DNA of 64,000 nt from an uncultured bacterium (lineage in GTDB: Bacteria; Verrucomicrobiota; Kiritimatiellia; CAIVKH01): contig CALGMT010000001.1 of NCBI GenBank assembly GCA_937958885.1, positions 21,735-85,734 of the forward strand, given 5' to 3'. The translations under genes were made by a program, and so were the position numbers. Below, piece after piece: positions 9,175-19,107 of the stretch. How positions within the stretch are numbered: position 1 is the stretch's first letter; each line of letters opens with the position of its first letter. The notes beneath the pieces were generated by a model. The model made no database searches. It was given only the letters and a program-made list of their open reading frames with translations, and was not told where the DNA came from.

Positions 9175-10354
9175 ATATCTCGGCATCGCCGAAGTTATAT
9201 TCGACGAGGCCGTTGGCATGCAGCGCAACAAAGGCCCCCAGCAACCCCAGGGCCGGCCCCCGCATGTTCGACGACGTGCGATACGCCGCGCGATACGCGC
9301 GCAGCATCAAGACGCCCGCGCCGCCCATCAAGATCAGCCAGCTCGCAAGCCCCGGCCACCCTGTTTCGAGCCGCAGGTGAAGCAGATTGTTGTGCAGATG
9401 ATTCAGCTTGTCCTGCACCGGCGCCCCGCGATCCAGCAGATCCCGATGCACGACCGATCGCCATCCCATGCCCAGCGGATATTCGCGATACAACGCAGGC
9501 GCGACAATCCGCCAGAGCGCCATCCGCCCCCCGCTCTTCACCTGTATCTCCTCGCGCACTTGCGCTACGCGCGCCTGAACGGCCGGCACTTGCGCGCTCA
9601 CCGCGAGCACCGCGAGCAGACCCACCAGCAACCGCCAGCGCCGGTTAGCCAGCGCCATCAACAGCAGCGTAGCGATCAACGCCGCCCATGCCCCGCGCTT
9701 GAAGTGCATCAGCATAGCGGCGCCGCACGCGGAGAGGGCGAACAGCAATGCGCCGCGATGAAAACCAGGCGTATTAAACATGCGCAAGGCCACCGCGATG
9801 CAAATGGCGGCCGCGTAAAACTGCGGATCGCGCATATTGCCGAACTGGTACACCGTCGGAGCCCGCAACGATTCCGCCGCCTCCCCCGCGACCACGGCCG
9901 CAGCATAAGCCCGCTCGGCAAGCGCATATCGAATGGGAATTCGAACCAAATCATAGAGCGCCTTCCCAGTGGATCCGATCAGGAACAGAGCCAACAGTCG
10001 CGGCAGAAGCCCTGCCGAAGCAAAGCGCGGCGACGACCCGGCTATCAGCGGACCGACCAAGGCCACTGCCATCAGCAACAACCGATCCGACTTTTGCAGC
10101 GCTCGTTGAGGCCAGACCCCCACCAGCACGCTTAACAGCACGGCAGCCGCAAATATTAGGATCAGCGGCGCAAGTGGAGAACGATCCGCCCCGCGAAATC
10201 CGCCCGCGGCGCACGCCACAATCGATACAGCCGCAATCAGATAAGCCCACACTTGCCCGGCAGCGATGGAGACCGGCAACAAGGCCGCATGTATGAGAAA
10301 CAGCGCTTCAAGGATTCGGCCGGTCCGCGTGGGCGCGTGCAGTATGGAGTTCAC
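9071..10354 (-). CDS. O-antigen ligase / Wzy_C family polytopic membrane protein
   Basis: About 10 hydrophobic segments. Periplasmic-loop motif FKRGAWAALIATLL...YPLGMGWRS...LNHLHNNLLHLRLETGWPGL matches the WaaL/Wzy_C pattern (RG...H-HN-yL). GTG start overlaps the upstream stop (GTGA). Confidence 0.7.
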   Translation of the reverse strand: MNSILHAPTRTGRILEALFLIHAALLPVSIAAGQVWAYLIAAVSIVACAAGGFRGADRSPLAPLILIFAAAVLLSVLVGVWPQRALQKSDRLLLMAVALVGPLIAGSSPRFASAGLLPRLLALFLIGSTGKALYDLVRIPIRYALAERAYAAAVVAGEAAESLRAPTVYQFGNMRDPQFYAAAICIAVALRMFNTPGFHRGALLFALSACGAAMLMHFKRGAWAALIATLLLMALANRRWRLLVGLLAVLAVSAQVPAVQARVAQVREEIQVKSGGRMALWRIVAPALYREYPLGMGWRSVVHRDLLDRGAPVQDKLNHLHNNLLHLRLETGWPGLASWLILMGGAGVLMLRAYRAAYRTSSNMRGPALGLLGAFVALHANGLVEYNFGDAEIFMLMNLVMGLGAAVWVHQQPPAAARRVESHPAAT

Positions 10355-11964
10355 GGATATTCCTTAAAGCGGTCCGGGTCGAGCGGCGAGTGCTTCCGAA
10401 TAAACTCGACAACCGCGCTCCGCGTGTCGATATCGAGAATCCGCAGCCGCGAGGTCGGTCGCTCCGCGATCTCCCTCAGGCGCAGATACCGCCGCCCGCC
10501 CGAGGCGACCACATAGGAGTTCACGGCCACGTTCAAGCGGGTTTTGGGGTGCGGGATGGAGCCGTCCGCCAACATCAAGCGGTCGGCGTGAAGTCGTCCG
10601 TCGCGTCCAGTCGTCCACTGGTAGTTCGCTCCATACAGCCCCATGAATGAGGTGGTCCGCCGATACTGGGCATTCTCGTTGAGCATCTCGAGCAATTCCG
10701 CAGGGGTGACCTGCAAGACGGCAACGCGGTTTTCATACGGTACGATCCGCCACACGTCCGCCATCCGAATGTCCCCGGCATGCAGATCCTGTTCGCTCAA
10801 GATGCCGTGCATAACAAGGTCGGCTCCTGACGCCTCGGCAATCGCGCGCGCGATTAATTGCTGGATCGGCGAGCGTCCGTATTCGTCGCCCTGGCATCGG
10901 ATCGGCGACACCGCCACCCCGATGCGTTGCGCGAGATAGGATTCCGCGCGACGCAAATCCGCCGCGAGAAAGGATTCCAATTCCGGATCGCGCGGCACGG
11001 ATTCGTCCGCCTCGTGGAGACGGGCGGATTTGCGCACCACTCGGCGCGCGACGGTGTCGTAAGTCAGATCCACCTGTCCGAGCCAGATCCCGTGATAGCC
11101 GGCCTGCGAATACAGGATGCGTCCGTCGATCCACGCCTCGGCGATGGGCTGATGCGAATGGCCCCCGATAATGACGTCGAACTCCGGAAAGGCTTTGGAA
11201 ATCGCGTTGATCTCGTTGGCGTAATCATCGCCCTGCCGCTTGTATCCCTGGTGCGTCGCGAGAATCAGGATATCGGGTTCTTCCGCTCGCACCCGCGGCA
11301 TGATGCGCTGAAGCGCGGGCACGGAGCGCTCGAAGAGGCAGTCGCCCAGCAGATCCGGCGTGGACCAGGCCGGCACGCCGGGCGTGATCAGTCCGACAAT
11401 CGCGATGCGAACGCCGTCCACCTCCCGCAGGATATACGGCTGCATCTTCGGAAACGGATGCGGGAGTTTCGGACGCGCGCTGATGTTGGCCGCGACCATC
11501 GGCACGGTCGCCATGTCGTGTAACCGCGACATGGAGGGAATTCCCCAATCGAATTCGTGATTGCCGATGATCCAAGCATCGTAACCCAACCATGCCAGCG
11601 CGCGCATCATGATGCGGCCGTCCGTCAGGAAACTCTCGGGCGCGCCCTGATACAAATCTCCGCAATCGACCAGCAGCGCTTTCGGGTGTGCCGCGCGCGC
11701 CCGGCGGATCAAGGTCGCGCAGCGCAAGAGGCCGCCCACGTTTTGACGCCCCTCGTAATCGGTGGTCGGGAGGATGTGACCGTGCAGGTCGGTCGTGTGC
11801 AGAATCGTGATCTCCACAGGCCGCGCCCACGCGGATTGAGGCGCGCACCCGAGCAGGAGAACCAGCAGAAGCGCACGAAGGAACCCGCGCCAAATCCATG
11901 CTGCCGCGCGGATCGACGTCGCGTCACGCGATCTTGAGCTGGTCTTCGGGAAGGCCGAGGGCAT
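10351..11964 (-). CDS. Bifunctional metallophosphatase / 5'-nucleotidase (UshA-like), exported, possible lipoprotein
   Basis: [43 protein letters not shown] metallophosphoesterase motifs plus a C-terminal 5'-nucleotidase domain. N-terminal signal with LLLLGC. The ATG at 11964 overlaps the clpX 3' end by 41 nt. Confidence 0.8.
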   Translation of the reverse strand: MPSAFPKTSSRSRDATSIRAAAWIWRGFLRALLLVLLLGCAPQSAWARPVEITILHTTDLHGHILPTTDYEGRQNVGGLLRCATLIRRARAAHPKALLVDCGDLYQGAPESFLTDGRIMMRALAWLGYDAWIIGNHEFDWGIPSMSRLHDMATVPMVAANISARPKLPHPFPKMQPYILREVDGVRIAIVGLITPGVPAWSTPDLLGDCLFERSVPALQRIMPRVRAEEPDILILATHQGYKRQGDDYANEINAISKAFPEFDVIIGGHSHQPIAEAWIDGRILYSQAGYHGIWLGQVDLTYDTVARRVVRKSARLHEADESVPRDPELESFLAADLRRAESYLAQRIGVAVSPIRCQGDEYGRSPIQQLIARAIAEASGADLVMHGILSEQDLHAGDIRMADVWRIVPYENRVAVLQVTPAELLEMLNENAQYRRTTSFMGLYGANYQWTTGRDGRLHADRLMLADGSIPHPKTRLNVAVNSYVVASGGRRYLRLREIAERPTSRLRILDIDTRSAVVEFIRKHSPLDPDRFKEYP

Positions 11965-13171
11965 GGCGCTGGCCGGTCACGAGGTTTTTCGTAACGCGGA
12001 ACTCCTTGAGGGTTCCCTTCATCGGCGCATCGTACATCACGTCCAACATGATATGCTCGAGTATCGCCCGCAAGCCGCGCGCTCCCGTGCGCTTTTGCCG
12101 GGCAATGCGCGCCAACTCGCGCAACGCGGAGTCGGTGAAACTCAACTCGACGCCATCCATGGCGAGCAATTTCGCGTACTGCTTCGTCATCGCATTGCGC
12201 GGTTCCGTCAACACGCGGACCAACTCGTCTTCGGAAAGTTCATGCAGCATGGCCACCACGGGAAGCCGCCCGATAAACTCCGGAATCAGACCGAATTCGA
12301 CCAGGTCCTCCGGCTCTACGCGCGCTCGGGCATCCGAAGCGCCGGGCGTCACGCCGAATCCGAGCGCGCCGCGCCCGAGCCGGCGCTTCATGATCGCTTC
12401 CAGCCCGATAAACGCGCCGCCGCAAATGAAGAGGATATTCTGCGTGTTGAGCTTGATGTACTCCTGTTGCGGATGTTTGCGGCCGCCCTGCGGCGGGATG
12501 TTCGCGACGGTTCCTTCCAATATCTTCAACAGAGCCTGCTGCACGCCCTCGCCCGAAACATCGCGCGTGATCGAGGGGTTGGCGCCGCCCTTCTTCGATA
12601 TCTTGTCGATTTCATCGATATAGACGATGCCGGTTTCCGCGCGGGCCACATTGTAGTCGGCGGATTGAACAAGCCGCAGGAGAATGTTCTCCACATCCTC
12701 CCCGACATACCCCGCCTCGGTCAGCGTGGTGGCATCAGACATGCTGAACGGAACATCGAGGATGCGCGCAAGGGTGCGCGCGAGCAGCGTCTTCCCGCAA
12801 CCGGTCGGACCGATAAGCAGAATGTTGCTCTTCTCAAGCTCCACATCGGCATGCTTGTCCGGCACTGCGCCGGCATGGAGCGCGCCGAGCCGCTTGTAGT
12901 GGTTGTGCACGGCAACGGATAGCACGCGCTTGGCAGTATCCTGTCCGATCACGTGCTCGTCGAGGGCCGCCTTGATCTCGTGGGGCTTCGGTACCGTCAA
13001 CCCGCTTGCGCGCGGTTTTTCGGGACGGCCCGACTCGCGCACGATCAGCGAATTGCAGAGCGCAATACACTGGTTGCAGATGTGCACTCCCGGCCCTGCA
13101 ATGAGCCGCTCGACCTCGCCCTGCGGCTTGCCGCAGAAGGAGCACTTCGGAGTATCGGCGCGCGGGGGCAT
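11924..13171 (-). CDS. clpX: ATP-dependent Clp protease ATP-binding subunit ClpX
   Basis: Zinc-ribbon [27 protein letters not shown], Walker [15 protein letters not shown], Walker [10 protein letters not shown]. Confidence 0.95.
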   Translation of the reverse strand: MPPRADTPKCSFCGKPQGEVERLIAGPGVHICNQCIALCNSLIVRESGRPEKPRASGLTVPKPHEIKAALDEHVIGQDTAKRVLSVAVHNHYKRLGALHAGAVPDKHADVELEKSNILLIGPTGCGKTLLARTLARILDVPFSMSDATTLTEAGYVGEDVENILLRLVQSADYNVARAETGIVYIDEIDKISKKGGANPSITRDVSGEGVQQALLKILEGTVANIPPQGGRKHPQQEYIKLNTQNILFICGGAFIGLEAIMKRRLGRGALGFGVTPGASDARARVEPEDLVEFGLIPEFIGRLPVVAMLHELSEDELVRVLTEPRNAMTKQYAKLLAMDGVELSFTDSALRELARIARQKRTGARGLRAILEHIMLDVMYDAPMKGTLKEFRVTKNLVTGQRHALGLPEDQLKIA

Positions 13172-13174
13172 CGG

Positions 13175-13795
13175 CTAGCGGGCCTTTCCTGCAATCTTGC
13201 GGTTGGGCGTCACGTCGTCCACCAACCCATAGGCGCGGGCCTCCTCGGCGGACATGAAGAAATCGCGATCCGTGTCGCGCGCAATCTCCTCGATTGTCTT
13301 GCCTGCGTGCGCGGCGAGGATCTCGTTCAGCCGATCCCGCAGGCGGAGGATTTCTTTCGCCTGGATGCTGATGTCTGCCGCCTGACCCTGGGCCCCGCCC
13401 CACGGCTGGTGAATCATGATGCGCGCGTTCGGGAGGGCGTGCCGCTTGCCCGACGCGCCGGCGGCCAACAGCACCGCGCCCATGCTCGCGGCCTGGCCGA
13501 CGCAGTAGGTCACGACATCGCACTTCAGGTACTGCATCGTGTCATAAATCGCAAGGCCCGCGGTCACCGAGCCGCCGGGCGAGTTGATGTAGAGGTTGAT
13601 GTCCTTCTCCGCATCCTCGCCCTGAAGAAACAACATCTGGGCGATGACGAGATTGGCCACGTCGTCATTGATGCCCGTTCCGAGGAAAATGATGCGCTCC
13701 TTCAGCAGGCGGGAATAGATATCGAACGCGCGCTCGCCGCGCCCGGTCTGCTCGATGACCATCGGAACGAGGACTTGGGCAACTTCGGAATTCAT
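13175..13795 (-). CDS. clpP: ATP-dependent Clp protease proteolytic subunit ClpP
   Basis: Track ORF 13175..13936 trimmed to ATG 13795 ([39 protein letters not shown]). Catalytic Ser context [14 protein letters not shown], His context [13 protein letters not shown] overlap with the tig stop. Confidence 0.95.
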   Translation of the reverse strand: MNSEVAQVLVPMVIEQTGRGERAFDIYSRLLKERIIFLGTGINDDVANLVIAQMLFLQGEDAEKDINLYINSPGGSVTAGLAIYDTMQYLKCDVVTYCVGQAASMGAVLLAAGASGKRHALPNARIMIHQPWGGAQGQAADISIQAKEILRLRDRLNEILAAHAGKTIEEIARDTDRDFFMSAEEARAYGLVDDVTPNRKIAGKAR

Positions 13796-15108
13796 GCGGC
13801 AGCTCCGGTCGGGGTGATCGTGGCCCACTCCAAGAGTCGGGCCAACACTTTGCTTGTCAAGACGTCGTCGCGCACCTGACCCAACGCCTCGCGCTTCGCC
13901 AAATCCGCGCGCAGGCGGTCGGCGGGAACACCCCACCCCGCGGCGAGCGCGCGAATGCGCGCCTCGACCTCCTGCTCCTCGACGGTTATCTGCTCTTCCG
14001 CGGCGATGCGGCGCAGAATGTAGCGCAATTTCACTTTTTCCGAAGCCGAGCGGGTGGCGCTTTCGAACAACTCCTCTTTGTGCGACTCGATTTCCTCGGC
14101 GCTGACGCCGCGCTGCTGGTTTTGGCGCACGAGTTCGTAGACGGTCTGCTGGGTCTCTTCCTGCAGGATCGATTCGGGGACTTCCAACAGGGTTTTTTCC
14201 AACAAGTGCCGCACAATTTCGTCCTGTAGGCGGCGTGTCTCGTTGCGTTCCTTAAGTTCGATCAGGTCGTCGCGCACGCGCGCGCGAAACGCCTCAAGCG
14301 AATCCACGCCGACGCCCTTGAAGAAGTCGGTGTCGAGTTCCGCCAGCTTGATTTCGCGAAGGGCCTTTACGGTCACAAAATAGGTCGCCATTTTTCCCGC
14401 AAGAGAGGACTCAACGAAATCCTCCGGAAAGTGGACGGCGATTTCGCGGCGCGTGCCGACCTCCGCACCGACGAGCCCCTGGGCGAAACCGGGTAAAAAC
14501 TGGTTTTCTTCGTCCGCCATCATCCAGAAATCGCGGCCGCGTCCGACCCCCTGTGCGTTGAGCACCGTCTCCTCCACGGGCCGCCCCTCGATGAATCCCT
14601 CAAAATCGATCTGCACGAGATCGCCGATCTGGACCGCGCGGCCGGCGACATCCTCGTAGCGGGCATTCTTTTCCCGAATCTTCGTCAGCACTTCGTCTAT
14701 ATCCTTATCCTCGACCGCCGGCGCGTTGCGCTGGAGCGGAATGCCCTTGTATTCCGGCAACGCGAAATCAGGCGCGACATCGACCACGACGGTGAAAGCG
14801 AACGGCTGCGCCTCGTCCAGCGTCTGCTCCTTGACCTCCAAAACGGCGACCGTGGCCAGCTTTTCCTGCTTCACCGCGGCTTGATACGCCTCGGGGATCA
14901 GTCGCTCCTTCACGTCGCCCGCAATGTCCTTCTGATAGCGACGGCGCACGATATCTTTGGGGGCGCGGCCTGGGCGAAATCCAGGAATGCGGACGTGCGC
15001 GGCATAGGCGTTGGCGACCTCGTCAAAAACGGCGCGAACCTTCTCTGCCGGCACTTCGATATGGACTTCCCGGCGGCACGGACCGGGCGCTTCGACACGA
15101 ATATTCAT
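13792..15108 (-). CDS. tig: Trigger factor
   Basis: Trimmed to ATG 15108 ([24 protein letters not shown]...[19 protein letters not shown] = the trigger factor ribosome-binding signature GFRxGxxP). Classical tig-clpP-clpX order. Confidence 0.9.
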   Translation of the reverse strand: MNIRVEAPGPCRREVHIEVPAEKVRAVFDEVANAYAAHVRIPGFRPGRAPKDIVRRRYQKDIAGDVKERLIPEAYQAAVKQEKLATVAVLEVKEQTLDEAQPFAFTVVVDVAPDFALPEYKGIPLQRNAPAVEDKDIDEVLTKIREKNARYEDVAGRAVQIGDLVQIDFEGFIEGRPVEETVLNAQGVGRGRDFWMMADEENQFLPGFAQGLVGAEVGTRREIAVHFPEDFVESSLAGKMATYFVTVKALREIKLAELDTDFFKGVGVDSLEAFRARVRDDLIELKERNETRRLQDEIVRHLLEKTLLEVPESILQEETQQTVYELVRQNQQRGVSAEEIESHKEELFESATRSASEKVKLRYILRRIAAEEQITVEEQEVEARIRALAAGWGVPADRLRADLAKREALGQVRDDVLTSKVLARLLEWATITPTGAAA

Positions 15109-15137
15109 GCACAACTCCAATCGGACGAAAGCGGGTG

Positions 15138-15166
15138 ACGATACCCCCGCCTCGGTCCACCGTCAA
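15138..15166 (-). promoter_or_regulatory. Candidate sigma-70 type promoter for tig-clpP-clpX
   Basis: On the minus strand: TTGACG (15166-15161), 17-nt spacer, TATCGT (15143-15138). About 30 nt upstream of the tig ATG, with GGAG 8 nt before the ATG. Pattern match only. Confidence 0.35.
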
Positions 15167-15214
15167 CACACACGAGCATGCCGCATCAGGGCGTCAAGGA
15201 GCGGAAACGCCCGC

Positions 15215-16963
15215 CTAGCGACGAGGGACGAACTCGCCATACCCGTAGGGAACGGCGAGCCCATGCCGAGCGGCCATTTCGCGGATTCTCTGCACAAGGG
15301 CATCGTCGCCGGTCCGCGTGTGTTCGCTGATCAAATGATAAATCCGGTGCCACGCCCACCGCGTGCGCACATCGGCGCCGCCCTCGCGCGCCGCAGCAAG
15401 ATTCAACGGAAACACCATGTCGCGCAGCTCCGCGCCGCTCCGTCCGACGACCTGGAATGCGATCTCCGCGTCCGGCGTTTCCGTCCGGCCGTAGATCAAC
15501 AGCGGGCGATCCAGGAACAGCGGGGTCAGCGCGCGGGGATAAATCTCCGCCTGCTCGATCCCGCTGAACCGATACCGCAGATCGGACAGTACCGGCCGCT
15601 GCGTCTCGCGCGCCCAACGTTCCATCGCGCCCACCAGGAGGGAATCGTCGTGTACGATCAGTGAATCCCCCCGATTGCGGTAACTCAAGAGATCGAGCAG
15701 GAAGCGATTGGCGCGGCGGCCGGCGCCGACGGCAAACAAGGCCGTGCGTCCTTCATTCTTTTCCGTGAAGCGTTCGATGATCTCCGAACTCATCGTCATG
15801 CCGACGGTTGGGCGGCCATCCGTGATAAGGACGATCAGAAATGGGCGGTCCGGATCGCGCGGCAGCGCAGAAGCGGCATTCAGCGAGGCGAAAATATCTG
15901 TGTTGCCCACCGCGCGCATGGCATTGATAAACGCAGTCGCCTGCCGGCGATTCGCCTCGTTCATCGGCTGCCAGGGTTCCGCGAAACAGCGATCGACGGT
16001 GTGGCTGAATCCGATGATCTGAAACCGGTCGTCCGGCCCGATCATATCCAGCCAGCGCCGAAGCCCTCGCTTGGCCTCCGCCAGTTTGGCGGGCGTCATG
16101 CTCTCCGAGCAATCCTGCATCAGCAGGATGTCCTTGGGTACGACCGGCAGCGTCTGTTCCGCACGACGCCGAATTTCGATGCGGAAATACAGCGCGCCCC
16201 CCTCGTCCTCCGCGCGATAGGCCGCCACATCGAGGGCCAGGTGCTCCTCAACAGGCGCCATCGACTCGGCCTCCACATCCGTCGACTCCGAGAGCGCGAC
16301 CGCGGAAGACATCAGCGCGGACGTCGGTTCCAACGCGCCGAGCATCGAGGCGCCCCACCCCTCCGGCCACGCCACCTCGCGCGCGAGCGATTCGATACCG
16401 GCCTCGCCCGTACCGTCCAGCAACGCGGCGAGATCGGCGGCCGGCTCAACCGGCAGCGTGACATCGGGAACGCGCACCGTCCGCTCGATGGCCTCGGTGA
16501 AGCGGCGCGGCAATGCGCTAATGCGCTCGTCGATGGTCGCCTCGCTGATCTGCAGGATTTCCTCGCGCGGATCCCAGAGCGGACGCGGTTCATCGCGGGG
16601 CGGTTCCAGCAGCGCCTGGTTCTCGCCCTGCACCGCGCCTGACCCGATTTCCGGCGCGGGCGGCGCAGGCAGTTGGAATAGATCGGCGAGCGCGCCCGCG
16701 CGCGAGGCCGTGAGCTCGTCCGCTACGGCGCTCGGGTCCTCGGGGCGGTATCGGGCCGGTCCGCGCTCCGGTTCGGGCATGTTCAACTGAACATCCCGCA
16801 TCACGATCGCGGGATAATCCACGCGGCGCAGCGCATCCTCCACGCGCCCCAACGGAATCGGAGGCAACCGTTCGAGCAGCAAGAGATGAAGTGCGAGCGA
16901 CACCACCGCGGCGATCGACGCCGCGGCGATTCTACCGCCGCGCTGCAACGTGCGAAGGGACAT
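15215..16963 (-). CDS. Membrane-anchored von Willebrand factor type A (VWA) domain protein
   Basis: N-terminal hydrophobic anchor IAAASIAAVVSLALHLLLL. VWA MIDAS motif ILLMQDCSESM (DxSxS) and LIVLITDGRPT. Confidence 0.7.
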   Translation of the reverse strand: MSLRTLQRGGRIAAASIAAVVSLALHLLLLERLPPIPLGRVEDALRRVDYPAIVMRDVQLNMPEPERGPARYRPEDPSAVADELTASRAGALADLFQLPAPPAPEIGSGAVQGENQALLEPPRDEPRPLWDPREEILQISEATIDERISALPRRFTEAIERTVRVPDVTLPVEPAADLAALLDGTGEAGIESLAREVAWPEGWGASMLGALEPTSALMSSAVALSESTDVEAESMAPVEEHLALDVAAYRAEDEGGALYFRIEIRRRAEQTLPVVPKDILLMQDCSESMTPAKLAEAKRGLRRWLDMIGPDDRFQIIGFSHTVDRCFAEPWQPMNEANRRQATAFINAMRAVGNTDIFASLNAASALPRDPDRPFLIVLITDGRPTVGMTMSSEIIERFTEKNEGRTALFAVGAGRRANRFLLDLLSYRNRGDSLIVHDDSLLVGAMERWARETQRPVLSDLRYRFSGIEQAEIYPRALTPLFLDRPLLIYGRTETPDAEIAFQVVGRSGAELRDMVFPLNLAAAREGGADVRTRWAWHRIYHLISEHTRTGDDALVQRIREMAARHGLAVPYGYGEFVPRR

Positions 16964-16988
16964 GCTGTCCGCCTATCGGCTCTCCGCG

Positions 16989-18503
16989 CTAGCCCTGCAG
17001 GGTCATCAGAAATTCGGCGTTGCTCTTCGTCTTTTTAAGCCGGTTGACGATGAGCTCCATCGCCTCGACCGGCTGGACGCCGTTCAGGGCCTTTCGCAAG
17101 ATCCATATTTTGGCGAGTTCGTCCGGATGCAGCAAGAGTTCTTCCTTTCGGGTTCCGGATTTTTCGACGTTGATCGCGGGGAAGATGCGCTTGTCCACGA
17201 GGTGCCGGTCGAGCGCCAGCTCCATGTTGCCGGTGCCTTTGAACTCCTCGAAGATGACCTCGTCCATTCGACTCCCGGTGTCGACGAGCGCCGTCGCGAC
17301 GATCGTCAGGCTGCCGCCGCCCTCGATGTTGCGCGCCGCGCCGAAAAAGCGCTTGGGTTTGTGCAGCGCGTTCGCGTCCACGCCGCCCGACAGGATCTTG
17401 CCGCTGTGCGGTTGGACGGTGTTGTAGGCGCGCGCGAGACGGGTGATGGAGTCGAGCAGGATCACGACGTCCTTCCCGCATTCGACCATCCGTTTCGCCA
17501 TTTCGATCACAATCTCGGCAACCTGAATGTGCCGCTCGGGGGGCTCGTCGAACGTGGAGCTCAAGACCTGTGCCTTGGTGTTTCGCTCCATGTCCGTCAC
17601 CTCTTCCGGACGCTCGTCAATCAGGAGGACGATCAAGTGCGCATCCGGATGATTGGCGGAGATGCTGTTCGCGATTTGCTGCAGCAGCACGGTCTTGCCC
17701 GTTCGCGGCGGCGCGACGATAAGCCCGCGCTGGCCGAAGCCGATCGGCGTGAGGATGTCCATTACACGCATCGAGATTTCGGTGGGTTTTGACTCCAGAT
17801 GGATCCGGCGATCCGGGAAAAGCGGCGTAAGGTTCTCGAACGGCACTTTCGAGCGCTGTTTCTCGGGCGCGTCGTTATTGATCCGGTCCACCTTGAACAG
17901 GGCAAAGAAGCGCTCCTTGTCCTTCGGGGGGCGGATTTCGCCCTCGACATAATCGCCCGTCCGCAGCGCGAACCGGCGAATTTGCGAGGGTGAAACGTAC
18001 AGATCTTCGGGGCACGGCAGGTAGTTGTTGAGCGGCGAGCGGAGAAATCCGAAGCCGTCCGGCAGGATTTCGAGAACGCCGCGACCGAACATCTGGCCGC
18101 CGAGCCGCGCATTGGCGCGCAAGATCTCGAAGATCAGTTCGTGCTTCCGGAGCGCGCCGAGCTCGACGAGTCCGTAGCTGTCGGCCACCGCTTTAATTTC
18201 GGGGACGGACATCATTTGAAGCTCAAACAGCTTGAGCAGGCGCGCCTCGCCTTGCGGACGCGGTTGCGGAGGCAATTCGCCGACGTTTCCGTCCGCATTC
18301 GGATTGGGCTCGGCCATGGCGCCGGGCGATTCCGCTACGTTGCCGTTCGCGGGCGGTTCGTCGAAATCCGCGCCGACCGGCGGCGCCCAGGATTCCTGAT
18401 GTACGCCCGGCCCGCGATCCCGATGTCCGCCATGGTGGCGGTGGTGGCGGCCCGGGCGCCGGCCGCGCCGGTGCCTGTTATTGTTCTGCTGTTCGTCCGG
18501 CAT
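16989..18503 (-). CDS. rho: Transcription termination factor Rho with N-terminal basic extension
   Basis: Rho_[24 protein letters not shown]...[17 protein letters not shown]-binding CSD region. Walker [19 protein letters not shown]. 504 aa, with about 86 extra N-terminal residues. Confidence 0.95.
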   Translation of the reverse strand: MPDEQQNNNRHRRGRRPGRHHRHHGGHRDRGPGVHQESWAPPVGADFDEPPANGNVAESPGAMAEPNPNADGNVGELPPQPRPQGEARLLKLFELQMMSVPEIKAVADSYGLVELGALRKHELIFEILRANARLGGQMFGRGVLEILPDGFGFLRSPLNNYLPCPEDLYVSPSQIRRFALRTGDYVEGEIRPPKDKERFFALFKVDRINNDAPEKQRSKVPFENLTPLFPDRRIHLESKPTEISMRVMDILTPIGFGQRGLIVAPPRTGKTVLLQQIANSISANHPDAHLIVLLIDERPEEVTDMERNTKAQVLSSTFDEPPERHIQVAEIVIEMAKRMVECGKDVVILLDSITRLARAYNTVQPHSGKILSGGVDANALHKPKRFFGAARNIEGGGSLTIVATALVDTGSRMDEVIFEEFKGTGNMELALDRHLVDKRIFPAINVEKSGTRKEELLLHPDELAKIWILRKALNGVQPVEAMELIVNRLKKTKSNAEFLMTLQG

Positions 18504-18504
18504 G

Positions 18505-19107
18505 TTACCTTCTCCTTATCTCCAACGAGCGCCAGTGGCGCGTCACCGACTTCTCCAATTCCTCCACCGATCCATTGTTCTCAATCGTCACATCTGCGCG
18601 CGCGGCCTTCTCCGTCAACGGCCATTGAGCCCGGCGCCGCGCTTCGATCTGCTCGGGTGTCCATCCCCTCGCCGCCAGACGCGCGGCAACAATTTCGTCG
18701 CGCGCGCTCACGCACCAAATCGAGTCCCATCCCTCCTCGAAACCGGCCTCGAAGAGGAGCGGAATCAACGCTGCGCACCCGCCGCGTTCCCGCCAAGCCG
18801 CGCGCCACGCATCGATCTCCGCGCGCACGCGGGGGTGAAGGATCGCCTCCAATCCCCTGCGCAGTGACTCGCTCTCGAACACGCGCGCCGCAATCGCCGC
18901 GCGGTTCAGCGCGCCGTCCGAACCCAACACGCCGACTCCGCACAAATTCGCCACCGCGTCGCGCACCTCCGACGATTCGCGAAGCAGGCGATGCACCACC
19001 GTGTCGCTGTCCAGCACAGACACACCGAGCTGCTCCAGGATGCGCCCCACCTCCGACTTCCCGCAGCCGACACCGCCCGTAACCGCCACCGCCGGATAGC
19101 GCGTCAC
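18505..19107 (-). CDS. coaE: Dephospho-CoA kinase
   Basis: Track ORF 18505..19695 is over-extended into the upstream gene. GTG at 19107 gives [35 protein letters not shown] (P-loop) and a 200-aa protein. That GTG overlaps the upstream TGA (GTGA). Confidence 0.8.
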   Translation of the reverse strand: MTRYPAVAVTGGVGCGKSEVGRILEQLGVSVLDSDTVVHRLLRESSEVRDAVANLCGVGVLGSDGALNRAAIAARVFESESLRRGLEAILHPRVRAEIDAWRAAWRERGGCAALIPLLFEAGFEEGWDSIWCVSARDEIVAARLAARGWTPEQIEARRRAQWPLTEKAARADVTIENNGSVEELEKSVTRHWRSLEIRRR

